Assembly: GCA_009103225.1 (NCBI GenBank)
Contig: RHPI01003728.1
Coordinates: 183,174-247,173 of the forward strand
Direction of reading: 5' to 3'
DNA: 64,000 nt
From: Chlorokybus atmophyticus
Taxonomy: Eukaryota > Plantae > Mesostigma and Chlorokybus algae
The notes beneath the pieces are model-generated. The model worked only from the letters and a program-made list of their open reading frames with translations, did no database searches and was not told where the DNA came from. The position numbers and the translations under genes are program-made. Shown in pieces: positions 25,052 to 36,768 of the stretch; within the stretch, counting starts at the first letter, position 1, and each line of letters begins with the position of its first letter.

Positions 25052-26208
25052 GACACCACCCGCATACGGACAGAGATTTTTGCTGCTAAACACGCCAACA
25101 GTTCATGACGTCCAATTCACAAGGTACAGCTGAGGTTACTTGTGGAAGCCACTGACAATCAACCAGTGGTAACCAACACACGCCGCCGACACGTCTAGCC
25201 CGGCCACGGACACCGCCACCCGCCTCGCCGCCGCCACTGCTGCCACTGTCGGAGAAAGTCGCTTTATCGCCCTGAGTTGTCATAACGTTAGTCATCGTTG
25301 CGAGCCGTTTGCCGATGACGAAAGCTTCCGTTTCGAGTTGCTTGTTTCCGGGGGCAGCCATGAGGCCAGAAAGGTGATCTTAAGCCGCTCCCAGACCTCA
25401 TTGCGGTGACCTTCACCGATTGTAGTAGGCGCGGTTGAGGCCTCAAGCAGGCCTGCAGCGCAAGCGTGACATTGTCCCAGAAGAAATTTCAATCTGGTCC
25501 TGACGCGGGTGAGATTAGGCTACTGGGGCAAACAAGAATGTTTTGAACCGCAGGCAGCACCTGAAGGTTGTCCATGAAAAACGGCGCCGTTTGAGGCGGT
25601 GATCAACCGTGGCGCCATGATCACCAACGTCCGTCAAAATCCACGTGGCAGAGCACATGAACCCGATCAACCAGTGTTGTAGCAAGACTGGGCTGAACCG
25701 GGTCAGCCAGACCAAAAACAGCCTTCACGCGCCAAATGCTGCCAGCTGGCACTTCACGACGTGACAGGCGGACGCTGAGACGGCGGCGGTGGTGAGCGCA
25801 TGTGAGCGATTTCGTTACGCTGAAAGGGTTTGAGGATTGCTGTGCGTGAGGTGGATCGTGACGTGCAAGAAGTGGTGCAAGCCTGCGCACTGCCTGCTGA
25901 AGCGCGGGTGGATCAAACGACCTGGCTGTTAGACGCAAGTTCAGCTTGAATTGAACAACAGCTGTTCTTGTTGCGTAATCTGCGTAAGCTTACACGTTGT
26001 GTAGTCTTTTACAACCATTGTCGTAAAACATTGGCAGATGAGCACTTGAGTCCACCAATTCAGCAATCCGCCTGCACATGGGTTCTTGGACAGCAAGGAG
26101 TACTAGACAGCTGGACGATTGCTAGCTGGAGTAGAGCTGCTGTTTGGTGGCCGATGAAGCACTGCTTAGACGCGAGCAGTGACACATCGTGAGGGGCGTT
26201 TCGCCAAG

Positions 26209-29200
26209 ATGGGGATCTTTGTACATATCATCGACATTCTGCTGGCGCCTCTTCTGGTGGCGGCGGTTGGATGGATGCTATGGCACTTTGCCGCTCGTGA
26301 CGTTCAATGGCACGTCAAGGCCGCTACATACTATGCCTGGCTAGTATCCATGTCCATCGTTGTGCTGGTTCCGTTGGACGTCTGGACGGTAATGACTGTT
26401 TCATGGATGTCTAAATTTATTCAATTCACTCGCACTGTGACAAGCATCGAGTACTAAACACTGCTATTTAAACACTGCTACATCCAGGTCGTCCTGTCGT
26501 AGTGCCTGGTTGTCACGCACCTGTCATTAGTGTGGGAGGATTTGCACAACTTCTTATGTGCTGCCTGTGGTCAGCTCGCCAGCTGCTTGCATTTCCTAGG
26601 CATCAGGCCGCTGCGTTTGCACATGGTAGCATGCATGCATGGCGTGTGAACAGCATGTGCCAGGGTTGGCATCTCTTTGTGTTGCTTCCAAGATGATTGC
26701 CAGGCACTTGTGTATGCTGGCAAGCCTGGTGCACTTTGCTGTACCACCTCGGTTGACACTGCTTGTGTATGCATCGACGGGCCCGTTCTCACCGATCTTG
26801 CCAATGCATGGTGTTTAAAGTCCGCTTATGATTGCAATGCAGGCACTCAAGAAGGACGATCCAAAGGCAATCTCAACACTTTGGAGCATCACTTACTGGT
26901 CGACTCAATTTTTGACATGGTGAGTGGTGTGCCATGAACAGTCTACTGTTAAGCATGATCAATAGCAGCGGCCGCCCAACAATACAGCCCTCAGAGCTGT
27001 CGCGAGTAATTATCCTACCATGGCGTTACAGAGCTGGTGTGTGCAGGTTTATCATACCAGTTACCCAGGGGTATATTGACTCTGGTGGCTTTACTACTGG
27101 TGCAAGGTTGAAGTCCAGCATTCGTAGCAATCTTGTGCTCTACTGCATTATGGGTGTCCTCGGCGTGGTTGGGGTGGTTTTCCTCGTGGCAACTGGCAAG
27201 ATCAACTGGTAAGTTTTAATCCTGTGCTTAACATGAATGCAACATGTACCATAGCGTGCTTACGCATGTCGTGCAGGCATAATCTGCAAGGCTATGCCAT
27301 TGCTTGCTCAAACACCTTCGGTCTGGTGGTGGGCGTCTTTCTTCTTGCCTTTGGGCTTGTGGAGGTGCCTCGTAGCATGTGGCAGAAGTCCCGAGTGTCT
27401 ACACAATTGCTGTACAAGCTGCATCGTGTCGCCCGCGTCTCAGAAAAGTTGGACAATGCCCAGAAAGAACTATCCACCGTCGTCATGGTACATAGCCCAC
27501 TCGTTTGCACTGCTTGCTTCCCATGTTGACAGTTCAGCTTGCTGTAGTTACTCCAGTACTTTTGCTGCAGATTGTTCGTGCAACATCAAATCAGATGCCC
27601 AGACGATCAATTCTGCGACCATACATGGACATTATTGACCATGAAGTAAGTGAGACAGCAATTCTACCCGCCCGTGGAGTCATGCACATCTGGTTGCTTT
27701 GCAAGATAGTTGGCTAGGATTGAAGTGGTTTGTTGTTGTAGGCAGACAAGATCATGCAGAATCTGGGTGACGAGTTCAAAGTGATCAACACACGGAATAT
27801 CTCCGAGAACGACATGGACTACGACACTGATGTTAAGTCGCTGGCCAAGCTGCGCCGAAGGTTGCGAAGAGCCAACACTGTATTTCTGCGGTCGTCAGGG
27901 TAAGCTGCCCAAGAAAGCATTCATCGTGGTGATGAGCATGCATGATCAAGCCTCCCCCGTCTTGAAACTTAATCGAGCGGTTGTGCAGGCAGTACAAGCA
28001 GCTTGTGTTGTCTGCCTTTGAATTGGAGGATATTGTTGCTAACGCAAATGGGGACATGGGTGGCGACATGTAAGTAAACGCATACAACTTGGTCCGTTGA
28101 CTAGTTGCTTGTCGTTTGTCACCAGCTTGCGGACTAACACCTTCAGTGCACAGGCGGTTCAAGTCCACCATACGGCCATCACGAACAGGGCCTCTGGCAG
28201 GAGTTGGGGACTTCTTAGGTAAGCTTATATACTGGCTTACAGTAGAGCTTTATGTTTCTGCCTTCACGGGGACATGTTACATGGCAGCTTGTTACATCAC
28301 TCTGTCATGCAGAGTGGCTTTGGAAGTGCATGCTCCACTTCTGGGTGTATCGCGGGCTTGCACTCGTATTTGCCTTGGTATCAATGTCCGTCATTGTGGC
28401 TGAGGCCACCATTGCAACTCATGGTGACCCAGATTTGTCTGTCATTTCCATCTTGGTGCATGGTTCAAAAGGCAGTGAAGCAGCGGTGCAGGTGAGCTTG
28501 CAATCATGACTTGCATATGCAACATGTCTATGTGTGCCTGCATATAGTAGTAAGCAAGCTGATATCTGCCTGATATGCAGCTACTGGTTTGCGCTCCTTT
28601 GGTGTACATTTGCGCTTGCGCGTACTTTTCACTGTTCAAGCTTGGGGCGTTCAGTTTCTACTTCTTGCTTCCACAGCACACAGACGGCTACAGCCTGCTC
28701 ATCAGCTCTTCGTAAGTGGTAGCTGGTATTGGACCCTCTATGCTCTGGCACCTTGTTAGTGGTGCTTGCTATCGAGCATGCCCTCCGCTGTAACACTCTG
28801 TGGCGCGCAGATTGATGTGCCGCTTCGCTGCACCCCTTGCATACAACTACCTCAATGCCATCCACATGGACATAAAGAGTGGATACAACACTGTCTTCAC
28901 CAAGGTCAGTTGTGCTCACATGGGCCGTGCGTTGTACAGTTGTTAACAGCACAGCACAGCACCGCTGTTACAAGCACAGCAACAACAGTTCACAGTGCCA
29001 TTGAGTTGTTAAATTACATCTGGTTTTCTGCAGCGCATGGGAGCCATGGAGGACATCCCATTTTTCGGAACGTACTTGAACACCTACTTCCCGATCGCTA
29101 TTGTGCTGTTCTGTGCCTGCGTGGCCCTGAACGTGTTCAACCGCATGGCAAGCGTTTTCCTCCGAAGTGCTCGCTTCCGGTTCGATGAAGACTACTCAGA

Positions 29201-29982
29201 TACGTATACTGACCAAGGGCGAGCTATCCTGCAGCGAGGTGCGTGACTGTTTGTCATACATGTTTCAGGGTAGTTGTCATGAGAACCACTCCACCAACCT
29301 CTTGAACCTTTGCAGAGCGTGACAATTATGTCGCATCTACTGGCATTTGGAGTGAGTCCAACGTGCCAATCAGGCGCATGCCTTCAAGCGGTAGCGACTT
29401 GGAGGTACCAATGTTTGCTGCCGCTGCATGCACCATGCACATAAGCGTACTTTCCAATCACTGACAGTGCATGTTTGGTGTGGTTAGAGTGCACAGGGTG
29501 CTCCTTTGCAGCCAACCAAACCAACCAAAACAAACGGGGATGGCTTCTATGCGGGCCTCAGGTCTGCCAACAACAGTGGCAGGGACCTTGTTGCCGTGGC
29601 TGCCACAGCCAAGCACACAGATGTTGGTGCCGATCAGTCACGATGGGAGGACATGAAGACCCGATTGAGTAGCAAAGTTGCTGAGGCATCTGCAGCACGC
29701 GGCAAGCCCAAGTCATCTGGTGTTACACCAAGCACATCCCAATCGAGCCTCGACAGCATCTTCAGCTCGTTGAAGTCCAAGAGTAAGTCTTTTGTTAACT
29801 GATAAACAGTTTGTTGTTCCCTTCACTGACGAGATGAGCGTGTGCAGGAATAGATGATGAAGAAGGGGACGACTACACATTGTTGAGGAGGTAACAGATG
29901 GCATCTGTTATCCTCAACTTGTGCTCGCAGTGCTAGTTCACCGGCGCATTGTACGGAAGTCCTCTCAGATGCAGTACTTTAG
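26209..29982 (+). CDS. LMBRD2: LMBR1-family membrane protein (LMBRD2-like)
   Basis: TYYAWLVSMSIVVLVPLDVWT; TLWSITYWSTQFLTW; FIIPVTQGYIDSGGFTTGARLKSSIRSNLVLY; AIACSNTFGLVVGVFLLAFGLVEVPRSMW; IPFFGTYLNTYFPIAIV; RFRFDED. The 3' end (29802 or 29982) depends on the last two small exons. Confidence 0.93.
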
Positions 29983-31850
29983 CTGTATTGTTGAAGTTGC
30001 ACATGTGTTATGCAACAGCATGCAACTTGTGCGTCGAGGACACAGGTGAGGAGGCTGCGCGGTTGCCGGTGCTTATGCTGCAAAACCTCGTAGTGCAAGC
30101 TTGTAGTGCAGCTCCATGAGTAGCAAATGGCAATGTGTCATGCGCATTGGGCTCAGCTGAGTTGCGTGTTGGCAACCTACAATGTTCACAGGTGATGCGT
30201 GTGCATTTAACCAATGCAGTTCAGTTGAAGGTCATTGCATAAAGGACGGGCAGTAAGCGTAGATCCAGTTCCCTGATTCGAGATTGCGTGCTCTGAACAT
30301 ATAGCAATGTGTGCACGTCAGTTGTGAATCACGTAGAGAGGTGTCTATAGCATGCCCTTACGTTAACGGTCGCTTAATGTGTAAGGTTTTTGTTTGTCAT
30401 CCACACACATGCATGCCATGTTGACATCTGGAAAGCCTATGCATGTTGCACTTGCATCTATACCTGCATATGTTGCGCTGTATAGTGGCCGTGTTTGGAT
30501 TCATGCATGTACTTACCAGCATAAACAACATGCCTCAGCGGGGCAAGCAGTAGGGTTACCAATTCACCAGGTTTTTGCGGTGATGGCAACTTCAAATGCA
30601 GTGCAGAATGCTACATTGCGGCTAGTAGACCTGCCAGGCAGCCCCTGTCCAACCATTCAATGCATCACTGGAGGGGCCATGGCTACAACTCAGCAACAGG
30701 CTGTAGCCGACGCTTTACTAGCAGCGCCATACTTGTATGTTCTACGCATGCACGTGTATTACCTGTAGAGACTGCAACTTCGCTGTTTCTTGTCTGCTAG
30801 CTAATGTGGTAACATGGATTCCCAATGGGCAATTGTGAAACATCTATCCATAGTAGAGGGGATTACAAGGTTGGGACGTTTTGGATTTGCTGGCGTTGTG
30901 CCATTCTCCCTGGGCATTTGTTACCAACGCAACGATAGTGAAGCGATGTTGGCGATGATACAAAGGCGTGGTGTAAGATGTGAGTCATGAGTGATGTGGG
31001 ACGTGTGTATGCTATGTAAGATGTGAGGTGATTGTGAGCAACGCATACTGCGTTCGCACCCATTGGGCATAGTATCGGTGCATAACATGTATGTACCCCC
31101 ATGTACCCCCACGCACATGCTCGACAAATCCACATTGTCGACAACAGTAAACATGGCATGCAGGGAGCCTACGCCTGAAGGCTACCCCTGCGCTCAGACT
31201 GCCTTTACAGACAACGTTGGCATGCACAGACACACTTTCATAGGGTAAGCATTGCTCTGCGCACACAGCAATATGTCAACTCGCACATCAACACGCTCAC
31301 TCACTACGGCAGCAGGCAGCACAGGCTGGTGGCTGTACATGAGGTTGATGCCGATGCAGTGTCCTGGTGAGCTGATGGTGCATGTCTCGCCCCCGCCGCC
31401 ACACCCTGCTTGCAATGAACACAGAGGCCTGAGAGCCCAGCCCAGAGCTGCCCCTATGCTCGCCTCTACACTCACCAGCAACCTCAGCAAGCACAGACGC
31501 TGCCAATGCACCGGTTAGTCCATGTGAGCTACATCAACCAACTTTTTGCCACGAATGTGTGTGCGTCTCGCAATTGTTGACGCGCATGCGAGACGAACGC
31601 ATCCGATCCGTCCTTGCGTCCTCGCGAATTGTCGCCGTGACGCCTTGCTGCGGGCGCGACTGCGGTTTCGCACCGCGCACCGCCATCGACAATCGTCTTC
31701 TCAACGCTTTGTCAGCCCGTCTGGCCTCGTCCGTCGACACAAGTGCCCTGCCACGTGTGTCTGGCCCTTTCGCATCGCGCGCCACCAGCCTCAACGCCCC
31801 CACTGACGCCACGACCCGTTTGAGTTTTGTGTCCAGTAAATTGGGAGGGA

Positions 31851-31859
31851 AAACCCTAG
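31851..31859 (+). promoter_or_regulatory. Telo-box upstream of RAD21
   Basis: AAACCCTAG about 350 bp upstream of the RAD21 ATG. Function inferred from plant cell-cycle promoters. Confidence 0.35.
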
Positions 31860-32210
31860 GTGGTGGGCGGTGGGTCCTGTCAGCTAGTGGGCGGTCAGCT
31901 GGGTGGTTTTCTCTTGGACGGCGGCGGCGTTGTCCTGGTGGCTGTGCGCGGAGACGACGGAGGCCTGAGGTTTCTCCCAGAGGATACAGGGCTGGCTTTT
32001 TTTGTTGCGAGTTTTTTGCCACGTAACGGGGTTTTTTTCTTGCGGCCTGCTGTGTAAGGGCCGGCCGGGCGCACCCCGGCTTGGCCTGGTCTGGCCTGGT
32101 CCGGCACCTTGGCGAGAATGGAGTGGTAGGGCTGTGTTGGCGAGCCTCTGAGGTTTATATATCTATACACCGCAAGGGGTGAGAAGTAAAAGCTGTCAAA
32201 CTAGGAAGAG

Positions 32211-35200
32211 ATGTTTTACTCCCACCAAATTCTTGCCCGCAAGGGTCCCCTCGGCACGATATGGATCGCGGCGCACCTGGACAGGAAGCTGCGCAAGGCG
32301 CAGGTCTACGAGACGGACATAGAGCAGTCTGTCGGTGAGTGACTGGCTTGGTGGGCACGGATGTTAATTGGGTGCGTATGCTCGTAAGCATACAGTCAAC
32401 AGTGACAAGACAGTGTGGGTCTCCCCGGCATGCATTTCACAATATTTTGGTTTCTGGTTTTTAGGCTTTTAGTCTCTTGTAAGAGCCAGTTGGTTGTACA
32501 TGTGGTTTTGTTATCAATGTTGTAGCAGCAACCATGATGATGCGCTGCGCATTGCACATGCGATAAGGCTTGTATGGCACAGATTCTTTGTGCCTGTACT
32601 GCGTATTGCGGAACTGAGTAACGGATTGGCGCGCTTGTTGTACCATGCGCAACTCAGCGCATGTAGTTTAAAGACCACTGTGAAGCACAAGTATGCAGCT
32701 TTTAAGGGCTACGCATACTGCCGCACACGCTTGTAGCACGCAAGCCATATCGATGCAGTGCTAGCGTTGGCCATGTTGCTAAAGGTGTGTGTTTATGGTA
32801 CAGATACAATCATGTACCCCAAGGTCCCTATTGCGCTGAGGCTGAGCGCGAACCTGATGCTAGGCGTTGTGCGCATTTACAACAGGAAGGTCAACTACCT
32901 TTTCCAGGTAAGCACCATCGAGGACTGGCTTGATCTTTCTAACGGCAGGAACGTGTTATGCTCTTGTCAACGCATTAATCTGTTGCTGCATACCCCGATT
33001 GCACATGGCCAGAGAGTCTGTACAGGAATTCACATCCACTTGTCTCCCATATGTAGGATTGCAGTGAGGCATTGGTCAAGATGAAGCAGGCGTTCAAGGC
33101 TGCACCATCAGCAGCAGTTGACTTGCCACTCGAGAGCGCTGCAGCAACATACGCGGCCGTCACGCTGCCTGAACATAACTACGACGTGCAGATTGATCTT
33201 CTGCTGCAGGATGCCGCGCCACCACCTGCCTATGAGTAGGACATTGTGTGTACGTAGTCTTGTAGCTTGGTTGCGGTCGTGTGGACACGCCTATAACATG
33301 TTGTGTTTGTGCATCAGCCGCAACTTGGACGCGCATGTTACCACGCGTGACAGCATCACGCTGCCTGAGGTGCCCGCGGCGTATGGCTCGCAGATGGATT
33401 ATGAAGGTGGGAGTTGTTGTATGCGTATCTGCATGTTTTTGGTTTAGTTTCTTAACACAAAAAGTAGTCAAGCTGTTGCTTTAACCTTGCTGGTTGTCCG
33501 CAGACCGTTTTGCTCTGCCCGGTGAAACCACACTGCCGCCAATGGAAGATGAGGTGCTGTTACCGCCAATGGAGGATGAGGTGGGCTCTTGTCATGATGC
33601 ACTCAGAGCTGCGTGTTTAGCTGAATGTCTCCTTGACTAAGCATGCAAAGTTGCACTGTATCACGCTGTGACGCACTGCTTGGGCACTGATCAGGCATGG
33701 GAGTTGGAGTTGATGCGATCGACTGCCAAACCGCACCGGGAGGCTCTCAGCCACGGTGGTATGGGAGATGATCAGTAAGTCTGCAAGCCTGTGTGTTCCT
33801 CTTGTTTGCTGTGCTTCGAACTCGCGAGTAGCTTGTATCTTGTTGTTGAGTCACGTGCCATCTTGGTGGTCGTGTTGCACAACAAGTTGCGATAGTATGC
33901 ACATCTAGTCTATTCTGACTTACTCAGCTTGTCCCAATGCAACACACCTGAAGTTGAAGTGTCAGTTGTTCAACTTCATTCGCAGTATCCAACCTCACTT
34001 GCGTCACACACAACAGCTTCGCCACGCCCATGGCTGTCGATACCCCGGACACGCTCCATGGCGCAGCAGCATCAACACCCGTACCATCAGCGAGCAAGGG
34101 TGCCTACAACGACAACAGCTTTGATTTCGTGTCGGGTGCCCCGCAATATCGTGAGGAGGAAGAACCACCCGCGCAGTCGCCCCGTGGAGAGGACAAGGGC
34201 GGGCTGCTCCTCAACACCACAGGTGTGGGATTAGTTGGTATTGCATGGGTGAGGGTGAGGGATGAGTGTGGGATGGACTGTAACTGATTGGATTTGTGTG
34301 ATGGGTTCGTAGCAGCAAATAACGAAGATCCGCCAATGTCGGAAGCGAAAGTGAAGCAGGCGCGAAACAGGCGTGCACCAAAGCGGAGGCGAATACAAGT
34401 ACTGTAGTACACGTTTTAGTGTTTTCCTTGTTACCCGCGCTCATAGCATCGGGGCCGTGTTGTTCATGTACCTATGGTGCCTGCCCTGTTGTGGTCAGGT
34501 GGACGAGACCACGGAGATACCGCCGGCGCAGATCCGAGCTGCGCTCGATGACACCAGCGACATCCTGCGGCCGAAGCGTGTCGCTGATCTCAACACAATA
34601 AGCAGCCAGTTGCAAGGCTACCGGCGATTTGCTGCCAAGGGCGGTCTTGAAAAAGGCTTCTCTGAGCCATCAGTGCAAGGTAAGATGCTGTGCTTGGCAG
34701 CTATCCCATATGAGACTGGTGCTGTTTGTGTGTAAGACGTGTCAACAAGTCGACATGCTCACACACTCTGTTTCAGGTGTGCCTCCTGCTCTCTATGTGC
34801 TCTATGCGCGCGTGATGGTGCCCGGGGGTGCGCGCCTTCAAGGGCTGGACGCAGTGCCTGCGGCCGAGCCTGCGGAGGCCCCAGAGGAAACCCCTGCCAA
34901 GTCGCCTGCGGTGCCGCCTGCAGATGATGGCACTACCCCTGTCACACCAGATTCCACAGCGGTTAAAGCCAAGACCACACCAATGACAATAGACGAAGGT
35001 ATGCAGTCATAGACTTGTCACCTTGTGAATGAGAGAGTTTTGTGTCACAACGCCTTGGATCTGTTGAAACTACTTGCATGTTACGTTGTGAGGGTGACGA
35101 TATGCTTGTACTGTTCAGCAGTGGCCTGCGTTGCATTGACTGGATGTACTCGCACAGATATCAGACCAAGCTTTGGTGGTGAGCCGTTGGACTTCACGGC

Positions 35201-36025
35201 CCAGCAGTTGGACTTTCCAACCCAGGATGTGGAGCATGCTGCCGCTCCGGCGGGCGCTGCTGAGGAGGTGCAAGAAGACTTGCAGCAAGATGGGATTGAT
35301 AACATGCACATAGCTGAGGTGAGCATATAGGTGGTGTTGCATGTACCCGTAGAATTGCGTGTAAGCACCTCAGTACGCTGCTTTCTCGCCATGAAGCATA
35401 TGAGAAGTGGGCGCAGGGCTATCGCCATACATGTCAAGCGATAAGGTGCTAACAGTCGTTGCTGTGCAGGAACGTGCTCGTGCGCGCACAGGGCCTAATT
35501 TGCTAGAAAGACATTCTCTCGTGGAGGATGAAGAAGAGGATGATGACGAGGCGGGACATGTGGACAAGTCTGGCTGGTCGGTTCGCACAAGGTACAAGTC
35601 TGCAGTATGGCAAGCGCACAAAGTTGAGGGGGTCAGGTCCCTGATGTGCCGCGTGCACCATGCCTACTTACAACTGATTTGTGGTGTGGTTACTTGGTCA
35701 TTGAATGCGTGTTGTTGCTTCACGCCATCAAGGCCATCAGAATGTGACTCAATTAAAATCCTTCAGGAATGTGGCGTCCTTCCTCAAGAAGAATTTCAAG
35801 GAGATGGATCGGCCGTCCAAGTCTCCAGCGAATAAGAAGGCCGCGAGCCACAGCACGCTCGGGCTTGACGCGATGGTGGCGGGCAAGTCGCGGCGCGAGG
35901 CGGCACGCATGTTCTTTGAGATGCTGGTGCTCAAGACCAAGGACTACGTGCATCTGGAGCAGGAGGAGCCGTACAGCGACATCACCATCTCAGCGCGCCC
36001 GCGCCTTCTTTCTGCACGCGTGTGA
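32211..36025 (+). CDS. RAD21: Cohesin alpha-kleisin RAD21/SCC1
   Basis: N-terminus MFYSHQILARKGPLGTIWIAAHLDRKLRKAQVYETDI...[28 protein letters not shown]; C-terminal winged helix KSRREAARMFFEMLVLKTKDYVHLEQEEPYSDITI; multiple GT-AG introns. Confidence 0.97.
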
Positions 36026-36768
36026 GACAGCGCGCGGGTCAGTCGTTGCCTGAGGGGAGATGTTGTGCATTCGCTGATGTGCAGTAGCCTCGTAGTAGTT
36101 GCCTTATATTTATACGACTGATTTTATGTGGTAGTGCGGTTCTCCACGATAAACGCCATTATGCTTCTAGTGCACTGTCGCACTCACTTGGTCGGTCGTT
36201 GCCATGGTTGCCATAATTGCATTATGCAGATAGAGCCCGTGTGGGCAGGTATTAATATGCATGTATGCATGTCTAACGGGGAGGTCTAGACTAGTGTAGT
36301 GTAGTGAGGAACAAACAGTGTGTATAGCCCGGTGGTTGTGTTGTAATGTGCTTGCATGTTGCTGTTTGGCATGCTGTGAGCGAGGTCATGCATGTCTCCA
36401 ACTACTGCCAGCATATCCTGTATACATTCAATGATAGACACGCAGTCCAGCTTGGCAGCGTCAACAACATGCAGTATTGGCGAAAAGTATGGGTTTCACC
36501 GCATGATCAGAGTTCGGGTGCATGTCGGCCTCGTGCACATGTGAGTGGCATATGTGCATCAATCTCTGTCAGATTGGTATACAGCGGGAGAAACCCATCA
36601 CAGCAGCAACACCCATGCCATGCACCTATATGATGCATTGTAATAAACTGCTGCAGTGTGTATATTATATGATGCATGAAGCTATGGTTACATCTGACTT
36701 CCTGTTCTGAAGCCCAATGGCATGAAACATGCGCATAGGGACCCATTATACTATGTTAAGCTGTCTTG

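Noticed and set aside
30127-31243. Complete plus-strand gene model built from ATG 30127
   Set aside because: Needs a 28-nt intron, far shorter than the others here; phase consistency could arise by chance.
31534-32022. Overlapping 150-160 aa ORFs on both strands
   Set aside because: GC-rich promoter region gives stop-poor frames with no motifs.
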